Source: Fimbriosthenelais zetlandica (taxonomy: Eukaryota). Taken from it: a stretch of DNA of 64,000 nt. Below the pieces are notes generated by a model. It had not been told where the DNA came from and made no database searches. It worked only from the letters and a program-made list of their open reading frames with translations. Positions within the stretch are counted from its first letter, which is position 1, and each line of letters opens with the position of its first letter. A program made the position numbers and the translations under genes. This document shows, in pieces, positions 52,143-64,000 of the stretch. Where the stretch lies: NCBI GenBank assembly GCA_977030845.1, contig OZ365110.1, positions 38,564,001-38,628,000 of the forward strand. The letters are read 5' to 3'.

Positions 52143-52380
52143 TCATACGATGCCTGGTGACGTCAGTGAGGCGACGTTGAGGTAGTTGGGTCTGTTGTCG
52201 TTGCTGTCACTGTTCTCCTCGGCCCAGGGTTGGAGGTTTTGGAGGGCTGATAAGGAGGCGTTGTTGAGACACAAGGGGTCCGGACTGTTGTACATATTTT
52301 TACTGGCTTCGGCTTGTAAACTCATCATGAAACGATTGGCTGCCTGTCTTTCAGCCTCTCGTTCTTCTGCTGTTTGCCTC
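52143..52380 (-). CDS. Tlx: Final coding exon of a Tlx (T-cell leukemia homeobox / Hox11 / C15 family) transcription factor; not the nuclear receptor tailless
   Basis: Polypyrimidine tract plus AG acceptor (TCTCTCTTTTTTTAG ending at 52381), then phase-2 G|AGG CAA ACA giving [25 protein letters not shown]...[23 protein letters not shown]...SPGIV*. This matches the Tlx-specific post-homeodomain motifs [12 protein letters not shown] and [19 protein letters not shown], and the intron position known from vertebrate TLX genes. Confidence 0.95.
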
Positions 52381-55300
52381 CTAAAAAAAGAGAGAGAACA
52401 ATATAACTTACAATTATTGGGCTTCTATAAGTTAAGGTTAATATTATGATTATGTTTTAATAATCGACCATGGAGAAATCAAATTCCCAAAAATTGAAGC
52501 TCGCTTTTTTCCAGTGACCAATTAATCCTATAATATAAATCATTATCAAAATAAATTACACTGGGCAAGAGAACACAGGCTTATATCTTTTGCTTTCTAA
52601 CGACAAAGATTACCTCACATGGGTTATGCCTACTCATACAAAGTGTCAAACCCCTGTGCATGAATACCTCTTTTGTGTGCATTTTTCCACTCAATTTCAC
52701 CAGCCCCCTGATAAACTCCATGTAGTGCCTCCTTCAATTATTCTTTCAAAGTAAATTGAGTGTGTACACACATTCACACGTTTTGTTAAACCGGGCGCCT
52801 GTAGTGAGCAGCCAAACAATGCCCACTCCATTGACTCCGGTTCAACAAAGCAAACATGGCGGCGGACTGAGTTAGGTGGGAGGGGCCCTTGTTCGGTCTC
52901 TTGTTCTGCATGGCCGTTTAGAGGCATACAAGAGTGCTGAAGAAAGCAATGTCCTAATGGATCAATTAGAAACCCATCCACATTGACACAAACATCTAAA
53001 ATAGTTTGTCAGGAGGAATTTTCTCCAACAGTTCGGCAGATCGAGGGCTTTAAAGAATCCAACAACTCCTGTTACACAGTAGGCCTATATAATATTATGG
53101 CACTCTATGAAAGTGGATATTCTTAGGCAATTCGAAGATTGTATAATATAAAATGTTATAATTATCATAAAGCTATACGCTATGTTATATTCCATGAAGA
53201 GTACAATAATTTAAGTTCAAAATATCAGCCTGATTTACGCATCTTACATAGATTGGCCAAGCTATTTCTAGGAATGAACCCTAGTTTTATTAACCCTATT
53301 AGAACAATGAATGAATTCTTATCATCCCATTCCCTTCAGTTATATCCATCCCCATCCCGTTTGGCTGAAGAAATCGCACCAAATTACCCCACACAACGCT
53401 TCCCCTTTCGCAAAATGAACAGTGTCCATACATTATTTAGTTTCGTATCTCACTTTCTGGCCAGTCGCGCGGCCATCAGTCGTTCCCGGCGGAGGCTTAA
53501 TGAAAATAAAGCGTTTTAATTTATAGTCCGTTCAATTAAGCCGACTCTCTGTGATGGAGAGAGGGCGTCTGGCTAAAACGCGCCTCAAATCCTTAAATGT
53601 CTCTATTATACTTGAGGGAATTAAACGAGGAGTTAAATGTAGAGCGATGGTCGTATCAATTTAAATGTGGGTGCTTTTGACAGTGATGGGCTAAATATTG
53701 GCTGCCATCTATTCAACACTGCCTACAGTGATAATCAATATCCTCATTGGATGGTGTTATAGTCGTCCATTGTTTATCTTAGAAAAGCCATTCTTTGTAA
53801 CAGTGATATACTTTTCACAATATGCAGATGTGAGCCACATTAGTAGGTCTATAATGGATATTTTTCTGGATCTCAAGCACTTTAGAGGATTCTAAACAGT
53901 TGCATGAAGGGGATATAATGTTTAATTTTCAAGGATTGTTGCAAACTAATTGCATAAAACGTAAATTAATGTTCGCCGAATTTAAACGGACAACAAAGAT
54001 CACATTGGCCTGGCAGTCAATCACCATTTTGTAAGCGATCCCCATGGTCAGACCTATAGCCAGGGAAACTCTGCGTGATACACTGCCCACTTCGGCAGCT
54101 CTCGGCAGTTGTCGGCTCTGTTCGGCGATCAGAGGTCAGCGGACAATTTGTGTCATTTCCTGGCCATGTGACAAACTAACTGAGGTCATAGATGTGACGT
54201 GAATGCTGTCTATATGCCACCCGTCCTCTCTGGTCATACTCAACACTTGCCAGCTACAGGCTACTCTCCAACGATTAAATCTTCCCATTTTATTACTTCA
54301 CATCACTTGTGGATTGGATCTTTCAATATTTCCCATTGATATAGACACTTAATTAACAGGGGCTCACATATTTAAATCATAGAGATAAAAATGTTTATCT
54401 ATAGAAGTAAGAGGCATTTCTTAAATTCATAGCTAAACATCGTAGCTTTGATCAAACTATTCCAAGAGATTCAGTTTATGTTCCCCCGATTTAAAAAGTT
54501 AATACTAAAAGTTCACCAGTGCCAGTGCTAAAACCACCCTTTAATGTCATAAATTTCGTTTGGTTGAGCACTATAATATCCTCATCTGTCTGTTTTATTG
54601 ATTATCTAGAATACCTTTTTTCCCTATCTTTTTATGCCAATCTAAGAAATAAGTTTAAGAGCCTCCAGGCACGTCTATGCTATCCAGTTATATTGATCTG
54701 TATGGGTCAGTCACATGACTCAATACCGACCAATCACTGTTGACCTCGTTGTTTCCTCCAGTTTTCCCAGGAGGGGGGCACGCCGGTTGGCAGAATGGCG
54801 GTGGCTTGATGGGTAGAGTTCACCTTTCATCAATGTCTTATTGGCCTACTCATTGCCTTCACACATACATGGGCACTAAACTGTATATGGGGTAAACATC
54901 CCTTCCTCATGTATTCGCCTATTTCTATCCCAGTGAGTAGTATAGAAAAATATGGATTAATCTCTGGGATAACATAATTAAATGCCCTAAATTAAGCACA
55001 TCAAGGGTTGCAGAGGTCGCACCCCTACATGGTGTAATAGTCCAGACAGATACTTAATTATAATTCTATTGGACCTAACACCTCAGCATTTAAAAGAATG
55101 GGAACATAGATAATTATGAAAACTGGAATATTATTATACCAATATTCCAATCGATTATTCCACTAAAAATAAAGTTAATCGATCAGATTATTGTCTTCCT
55201 AATTTAAGATATATTTTTCCCATAGTATGAGTATAGTTTGGCAACATGGAGAGCAGATGGCAGGTTGCTAAATAAACCTTGGCTTATACCTTCCATGCAG

Positions 55301-58300
55301 TACATAGAGTGGTTCAGAAGCCTGAGAGGCATAACCTCAATGAGAGGCTGTACTGAGAAGCCATCTCCTTGTATGTGTATGCTCGTCTTCCATGCTCCTT
55401 GTCCACCAAGGTCACGTGAGCAGCCTGTCTGAGCATTGTGTCCATTTCCGAGGTGTCACATCCTATTTCCCGCCCAGGACTCAATTGTCGCCCAACTGCC
55501 CGATTGCTCACTTCCGAAAACCACTTATGCCCCTCCCTCCTCATCCTCTTTCTCCATTTTACCGAACGGCGCCGCGTCTCCAACTCTTTCTCCCACCCTC
55601 CTTCCCCTCCCCACCAGCCCTTCAACGTTCAATTTTGATGACGTTGACTTTGGCATCTCGGGCTTTCTCGTGACGTCGTTCCCTAACGAGACTCGGCAAC
55701 TTCCTGTGAAAGAACATAGCTTGATGGTTGGTTGCTAAGACCATACATCCACTGCCTTTCTCTACCTTCCTCCTCAACCCTCCTCATCCCCTCTCCTCCG
55801 CCTCACCCTCCCCACTCAGAAGCTAACTTGGTTTGCTCATGGCTACCCGCGCCTTGCCAGGCTCCAGACCGTGGCGCTTTAACTCAATTGCCTGACTAAC
55901 GACGTCGCTGAGCTAATGAATTTCCTGATGAGCAACGGAAAGCCAGGGGTTCACCACAGAGGCGCAGATTACACAGCCTTTGTGTGCATTCAAATCGTCA
56001 TAATTGACACTATCATGCAAGACGCAACTCTCTCTGGTGTTTCCCTTCAAATAAACACGAGGTGGGGGGCTTTTTCAAATCCAAGCCACGACAGATGGGG
56101 ACGAGGGGCACATGGAGGACCGAATACGAACAGATGGTTTCACCATAGTGCCGGTTTTGTCCGTTCAAATTTGATATTTAGGGAAGCATCTTTTGAGCTG
56201 ATTAAAATGATCACAGGTTCTCCTTGGAGAGAGGATTGCACAGTTGACAGGCCATGAGTGTATTATGAACCCCATGTTGAGTGGTCTGTCATTAGAGTGA
56301 TGCTCTTTTAAAGGAGTTAAATGCGGGGTTGAACTTTTAGCTTGTTCCTGTTGTGCTGCATATCAACACTGCAGTGCATTAACCTATGGCATTGCATATA
56401 ACTGACTCCAGCTACTGATTTTATTTGTCACATCTATAGGTATAGGCACTATATCAAATGAGATTATCTTTATTTTGTTGTAATAATTTTTTAACTTTGT
56501 TATTATCCACTCATTAGCCCCTATAATCCACATTTTATGCAGTACTTGAGTGCATGACACTACTTATAGACCTATTATTCAACATACCAGCTGATGGAAA
56601 AACAGTATTTTTTCACTCCTTTTTCCAAATATTGACTGCCATCAATGTCAAGACATATCCATAAAAGTCATATATGTCTAACGCTGAGCTACTTAGAAGC
56701 GTGTAACACAGTCTTTGCATTATTTTGACAAAGGTTGAGTTATCCCTATTGAATGTCATGCACGCTTTGGCCTGGCCATGTTATAGCCTTGAAATATGTC
56801 TAATGGTCTTGACCAGTGCGTAGTACTGTAGTGAATCTCTTTCAATATGTCTACTCCTGTCTGGTATGTCCATGTTAAGTGCTTTGTGACAGGCCTGTGT
56901 GTTTTATTTGGATATTACTTGACTTTCCATATGTTACTCGGGGCAGATGTGGCAGGTATTTTATCCTATGTCTCACCAAGGCCTAAGGAGGGCTCGAGAC
57001 ATGTATTCCTTCGCAAAACCATGTCTAAGAAAGAATATACTACCTGACATGCTCGCCAAAAATGTTTGAACGAGAGTGAATTCAAATAAAAATACCTAGA
57101 CCAAAAATCGTTACAACCAGTTACTCGTGACATACTGATGGTTTCTGGTACTTATATTAAAAATGTGCAAAGGAATATTTATGCAAAAATACAAGCATAA
57201 TATACCATGAAGCCTGATTCCATCTCGACAAGCAAAATTGTACAAGCACATATACCCAGGCAATGGAGATGCTCAATATAGAAAAAATACTCATTTCAGA
57301 ACACATGTTAATGTTTAACCCTACAAACAGATCACTGTTACAAGAAATGTCCATCTCCTAGTCATATAAACAGGGTCCAGATTGCATCCTTGTTGATTAA
57401 GAATGAACACCAGCCTTCCATAACAGGTGTTAAGGATTGTCTAATGGCCATTATTTACACCTGTTGAAACATGAAGACTGGGTACCTGCTACAGTTATTA
57501 GACACCTCATGGAGCAACAGCTGGAAGTATACATATACATGTGCCGAGCATGGTTCTGTACATCCGTATATATTTAAATGTAAAAAATAGTCTAAAAAAT
57601 GTTCAAATGACGAATGATGTCAGATGAATATATATAGGGACTCTTCACAAAAGCAAAACTGTTGAAGCCGATTAAGATTCTTCAGCATTTCCTGTATGGA
57701 ATAGGAAAGATATAAGGGCCTCCGTTGAAAACGAACTTGTATGTTGAATAACGTCGAAGCTTAGAGCAAAGTGCAAGGTCGAAGCATGAAATACAAATTC
57801 AATCCTGCATATTTAATTGAAACCAGTGTCTGGGGGCTGCCTAGACACAATGTCATATACTGAAACTCGGTAAAGTATAAAGTATAATGTGCTGAAGTAG
57901 TTTCACACAAGCTTTCTCTTTAAGCACCATTTTATACTTGCTTTTAGTGTAACGAGCGCCTTTTACAGGTCCCCTAGGCCAGTAACAGTGTTGCCTAGTA
58001 CGCACCGACGTCGCCTGAGGGCGTCTCGCGCCGCCCCTGGGCGATAATCAAGCAAAGGGCCTGCGCTGCTCAAGTTAAAGCCGATTCATGAATATGTGCT
58101 CAATTACAGGAACATTTACATTTTGTTTTGTCAGAAAGTGAGCACCTAATGGCACACTTGCAGTTCCTAGCCCCGAGGTCCCTGGTCCCTAGCATATGAT
58201 GGCTCCATGCAGGGGTGTCCCATACAACTGGCCTTAAGCAGGAATGTTATAGCTACATTTTAAAATATTTTCCCACCTGCACGGTTAATCATTAATACCA

Positions 58301-61300
58301 CACGCGTGGGAAATATTTCATTTTCGTCCCAATTCATAAAGATGGATGTGAATAATATAGTTCGGGCCCATGCTCAGTAGAAACTATTGTCACTTTCCTC
58401 AGAGTAGGCCTATTTGGAATGAATGACAAATGACATAATGGATTCTCCAAGGGCCCATGTTGTCAGGTCCGGCGCGTGCATGGTCTTAGTATAAAAGGAT
58501 ATACGATCTTATGTCTGTTGTTAATCAGCCTGACCTTAAATGTCCGGAGGTATGGCCAGCACGTGACTCTCATGAATTTAGGCTTCATGTCACGTGGGCG
58601 AACAGTGCCATCTGGTGGTCCTGTCAGATTAAATAGTGTCAATGAGACCGGCCTGTTTTGCAGAACTTCTCAGGCCGCCCAGCCGTCGGGTCCGGGGAGT
58701 CTTGGCGTCCAGACCCGGTCTCTCCCGGGGGAGCACCTGCTTCCTCTTTTGTATTAGGCGAGCTGCTCATCTCATAAAAGTTAATGTTTATTTCGGCATC
58801 TCGAGGCTTAGGTTTCATTAGAGTGCCTGTTTGAGTGGGTATGTACACGTTCGTGGCTTTGACTTGTATACCAACAGGGTAAGTGTGGGGGATGGTTAGC
58901 TTTGACAGATTAGATGTGTCTCTGGATTAGTGGTAAGGAGTGCAGCGTCCTTCATTATGGAGAATTCCCCTCCAGGGCGGGCAGTATTACAATAGTGTGG
59001 CCTGGAGGGGCACTGATTTACACAGCAAGATTAGCTCAGGTGACACCTAGGTGGGCTTTATCAATCATCCCCGAATATTAAACAGAATACGCTAGCGACA
59101 GGAATCATTTGATACACAGACATTAATTGATCGAAATCCGTTTTAATTTAAGTGGACAAAAGGTGTTTAAATTAAGCTTAATTATATCTCTTCGGTGGAT
59201 CAGATGTCTGGAAAAAGTACAATGGGTACTTGGAATGATTAAACTATTGATCTTATGATTCAATTAATCTAAAAACTCGCCCATTCATTATAAACCTTTC
59301 TACACGCCCGCTCTCCCTGTCCTTTGGCATCAGCTTTAATAGACAAAAAATGATTGACAGATTGTCCTTCCTCTACAATTACACTCTGAAGAAAAGCCCG
59401 GTTCTATATTCTATATCAAAGCTGGATATTTTATTTTTAAGTAAATTTCAATTCGTTCTGTCATGATAGACATAAATTACGTATTAACGTTAGGAACCAA
59501 TCTCTAGAAGTTCTAATTTGTAGAAAAATGCATGGTTTGCTTTGTTTCTCTATCCCGGGAAAGAGCCCGCTTTATCTACACTACTCACGGGCACGCGTAG
59601 CCATATTTACCGCTCGCGTCAGCGTCCCTAACGATGAAACCGCCATTATTCGTCGATATAGGAAATAAGGACATTAATATTGCTTTTAACCCACTTTTTT
59701 GTTCTAACGATATTGGAATCTCAGAGACCAATTTTTGTTTTGTTTATGAGTCTGAAAAGGTGTTGCTCAATTTATGTTTTCGAAAGGCGAAATCAATTCC
59801 ATGCAAATCAAATGAAATTGACTGCGAAAACAAATCAGCCTAAACCACTAATGGGGAGGTGAAGCAGGTAAAGGTACAGCGTTAAATATGTTTTGCATCA
59901 GAGATAATTCCCAGTGGCAGTCGGCGGAGGAACAATTAATCACATCCACCGTATAACGCCTCCTCCGCTGGTACAAATAGGGCATAACTATACCGACAGA
60001 AGAAAGAGTCCACGGTCCTGTTTTGTGTTACGCCAACTTAGAAAGCTCTAATACACATCATGTTACTGCCGGCAAAAGGCCCTCAGGGTATCTTATTATT
60101 AAATATGTCATCACCGATGCGATCCTTTCTCCCATACTTACATACCAGTTGCATTAAGTGAGTGGGTTTAGCCCCCACCGGACGCGACACAACACTCAAT
60201 TATGTTCGATTGAAGTGGAAAATTTGATTTATGAAGAAGGGGCTGGTGGGGAGTCCCGCGACTTGTCATCTTAACAATTCATTTAAATGCACAATGTTTT
60301 TAATTAATTTCATCGGCATCAATGTGAATCATGGCTGATGTCTCATATAGGTCTTGCATAAAACTGGTATAGCATCGTGGAAAGTCATAGTATTATACTC
60401 TCTAAAATGCTAATGGAACGCAACAAAATCACAGAAGTGTATGAATATAAAGCGCTCAATCAAAAATAAACTTTCCCATTAAAAAAAGGCTAATTGACAC
60501 ATTTCAATGAATTGTTAAACGTGAGATGCCCTTTGATATCAGGTCGACAGAGACCCATTAACTTTTCAAATTGAAGACTTCATATACCAACATTGCCTAT
60601 ATCGTTTATGACCTCTATATATAGCTCGAGGCTTCATAGAGATGCAGCCAAACATCAAACATGTTTCATGTTCTAATATTATGATGCCCTCGAGTGTTTT
60701 TCAAAACATATCACCGGTACATAGGCCTATAGTGTTGTATTCTTCTTATCCTATACAACATGAATTTTTCAGGATTTGAAAAGTACCCATATATACTCTC
60801 CTGCACTCTTTGTTCTTAATACCCAACCCTAAATCTAAATGAGATAAATTTGATGTACTGGTGTCGCTAAAGCGAAAGTGACGAGAGTCAAGGGGTCAGT
60901 GCTTATAGCGGGTTTATATTAAGTGTGGCTTGGCGAGAGAGGGAGCAAAGGTGAGCTGTGGGCGGCGAGGCTTTTATCACTAATAACAAAGACAGCTCTT
61001 GATGTTTCCCTCAGGACATTGGTGGCCGACAGGAGAGGCGAGCATGAATATTCTAACTCCATCTGACCGATTAGAAGATCAGAGATTCACTGTGTCAGCC
61101 TACATGATGTGGAGTTTATAATGTACAGTCATGTACTCGTCCATTTATAAAGCCTTGCCTCTCAAGCTTAATAGTTATGTATTCAGTCTAGACATAGGGA
61201 AATATGAATTGATAATAGCCCTTTTAAACATCCATGGTTTTATTAATTGGACGCGTGGCAATTAGCATCTCCTGATGTCATGATGGATTGCATTCTTGGC

Positions 61301-64000
61301 TTAAGTAATAGTATGCAATACTGACATATAGATGGCCGAATGGACGAGATGTCACTTTGAATGTAAGGCTTTTCCCTTCTCAATAAAGATATAATTATGT
61401 TCCATTTTCCCTTAGCGCGATCGAGAATTATATACAAACAGGGAAGTAAGAATAATAGTGTTTTCCCGTCATTATTGTTTATTGTTCGCGAGACAAGGGA
61501 CATAAATCACTTTAATGGGCCGAGTATTTCACCCAGAGTGGTATCATTTCATCTTTTGATCTGTCCTTCTTCATGTTATGATTATTAACCATTAAACAGT
61601 GAGAGGTCTGGGAAATAAAGGTCTGATCAGCGGGTGGTCTCAGAATGCAAAGGGTTAATAATCAGAAGCCAAGACCCCCAAGGGGGCCAGGCCCCGGTTT
61701 CACTCACCATCCCATGCACATGACCCCTTCTTATTTTCTCATTTTCTGTTTTTGTATTTAATCTTTTTTTTGTTTTAAACAATCTCTTAATTTTCTCAGG
61801 CTTTAACAATGGCAGCCTCGATTGGAACTTTGGTGCATGGCCGAAGAGGCAATGTGGATTTTCAAATTAAATAGAAAATAACAAACATTTCAAATGTTTA
61901 AAACCATTGTGCATTGAACGATTGGAACTCGTTGGCACAGGGCAAAAAAACCCTCCATGACTGAAACAAACATGATACCTGTATGTCAAATAAGACCATA
62001 TAAATGGCTTTCATTTCTCATTTGTCTAATAATGAGCCATACATGCAGGTTGTAAAAATGATATTCCATTACAGCGATGGGCATGGGTATATTGGAGGGC
62101 ACCCATATACCGGACGGGCGAGCTATCATTTGATACAATATGAGGGCGCTATAAAAGGCAAGGAATGGCGGGGCGGGGGGACAGGCACGGCGTCACAGAT
62201 CATCTGACCGCTATCAGCCAATCAAGTTATTGATACATGTGCACTTCCGTTAATTCAGGCTGTCATAGAGTAAATGAGGGCTGGTTTTGTACAACCCTGC
62301 CCCGTGCCAAGGCCAGGGTTTGAATGGTGAGGCCAATAGAGAATGGCTATATACTGGGTCTATATGCTGGTGACAAATGGCTTACACACTGCTCGTGTCA
62401 CCTATAGACTGTCAGTGAACTAACACAGGGTCATCTATGATGAGACATGGATGTGAATAATAGCCCTTCATTTGATGCAATATAAATGCTGCTACTATGT
62501 ATCAAAGGCTGCCTAACACACATTGGCACCGTATTATAATAGTTGTCTTTAGCCTCTAACGGGTGTCTTATAATTCAAAAGAGGGCTTATTTTTCATTGT
62601 CATGTCATTAAAGTTTTCACAAGTCGAATTGATTTCTGTTGAGGTCTCTCTGTACAAAGCACAATTATTGCGAAATAGGAGAAACTTATTTAGTGCAAAG
62701 AGTGGCCAATGATTAACTTCGGCATAATATTTAATCATTTTCCCCAAATCTAGAGGTACATTAATGCTTGATTGCGGGAGTGATAACCCAAACTCATAAT
62801 CATTGACAGTCTCACTACCAGAGCCCCCACTAATCCCTCCATCATATGGCTATGCCCTCAGGGGCTTCCCATTCAAGCCCTGCCCAAATGTTGGCCAATC
62901 ATTAAGCCAATATCGGGCTAATTACACTTTGGTGACCATTTGTTCCCTCTGGCTGCTGGGCTCCTTTCAATTAATACGAGTAAGTCGCGTGAGGGGTTTT
63001 AGTCAAGGATGACAGGAAAGTTAAACGCTTTCCTAAACGCCTTTGTTAATCTGATATTCTAGGAACACGCGATATTGAAAAATGTCAATTATCGTCACTC
63101 GGCGAGATCAAATTATCTCTCTGAAGAGTTAGAATAACCGACAGAGGATAGCATAGTTCAAAGGTTTCCTAAATGAGCATTTGACTTCTCAGCTTTGTTT
63201 CTTTCCATACATTGATGGCTAAAACGCGTTATATTCAAAAGGCAGCTCATGAATTGATTTAAGATAAATTGTTGGACAGCTCCTTCTGCTTCGACATTCT
63301 AATCGTTTTTTGAGCAACATCCGATAGATCAGTTTGAGCTTAACAAAACAATGACAAATATAAATTACATTTGTCATAATGGATTCATTCCCGTGGCGAG
63401 AGAATAACTAATGATCAACGGTTTATTTATAAGAGAAGAAGCCAGAGATGATATGCCTTAGCACCTATACATGTGGACCTTGCATATATAAGCAATATCA
63501 CCTCTTAATGTTACTAAGTGGGACGTACGTTAAATGTTTCTTTTTTTCTTTTTCATCTTCCTCCTGCATATAAAGTGAGGTACCTGGATGTCTATATATA
63601 ATACAAGCACCTCCAGACACTTTCCATGTGACAGAATCACGCCCACTCTGGCCCTGACTCATGTATAATCATGTAACTAGCATGACTTAGCATGCCCTCC
63701 TAATGTCCTGTATATGGAGGTGGAAGAAGAGATTGTATGTCCACTGTATAATAGCCACTGTCCAAACAAATGATGACCATGGGTCAGTGTGAAGACTGCT
63801 CGGTATGCCACCTCTCAACTGGCCATTAATTCTGATGGGTCGATCAAACGTACATAAGTGACGCTCACTTATACCAAAATATAGTCGCATGCTCAAAGTC
63901 GCGCCAAATGTCCCATCACCAAGCAGAGCCCACCGAAAACAGTCCTGCCTTTAAGGGCGTTCATACATTCACAGGAATCCTATCGGTTAAAATTATGTTA
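52381..64000 (-). other. Probable last intron of Tlx (over 11.6 kb, continuing past the window end)
   Basis: Acceptor at 52381-52382. No WFQNRRTKW-encoding homeobox exon was found between here and base 64000, by eye or in the ORF track. Confidence 0.65.
58605..58618 (-). promoter_or_regulatory. CTCF-like motif
   Basis: Reverse complement (GA)CCACCAGATGGCAC(T), a full match to the core consensus. Confidence 0.55.

Noticed and set aside
55314-55738. Overlapping ORFs examined as a possible Tlx homeobox exon
   Set aside because: No PRTSF, ELEKRF or WFQNRR motif in any frame; the basic stretch comes from a pyrimidine-rich tract.
55925-55941. CTGATGA...GAAA hammerhead-like core (also CTGATGA near 7132, 33485 and 33774)
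   Set aside because: No stem II pairing or stem I/III context; the other sites lack a correctly placed GAAA.
1-64000. CRISPR arrays, rRNA, snRNA or prokaryotic operon features
   Set aside because: No regularly spaced direct repeats with unique spacers and no rRNA/snRNA signatures; the sequence is clearly eukaryotic (spliced homeobox-gene exon, LTR element, low gene density).

Overview
Animal (invertebrate deuterostome-like) genomic DNA, almost entirely non-coding, with AT-rich spacers alternating with CpG-rich, motif-dense islands. I searched by eye only; no database searches were run. The only host protein-coding sequence I can support is the last coding exon of a Tlx (Hox11/C15-family, NK-class homeobox) gene on the minus strand at 52143-52380. 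I found no homeobox exon, so it probably lies beyond base 64000. Most of the window therefore looks like the downstream regulatory desert and last intron of Tlx. Other supported features: (1) a complete 3.85-kb LTR retroelement at 491-4344 with a 4-bp TSD, PBS and PPT, one intact zinc-knuckle ORF, only a relic of protease, no recognisable RT or integrase, and LTRs identical over 148 bp but clearly different in the last ~85 bp; (2) a solitary intact tRNA-Leu(CAG); (3) a 227-bp MITE with a 6-bp TSD in the probable Tlx 3' UTR; (4) two degenerate tandem repeats near 37.6-38.5 kb; (5) a triple AGGTCA double-DR5 (RARE-like) element at 33.3 kb, plus CTCF- and YY1-like sites. The best candidates for something new are the pol-less LTR element (chimeric LTRs; protein with zinc knuckles, a coiled coil and LC8-type motifs), the double-DR5 cluster, and the strong excess of TAGGCCTA and TACATGTA palindromes.
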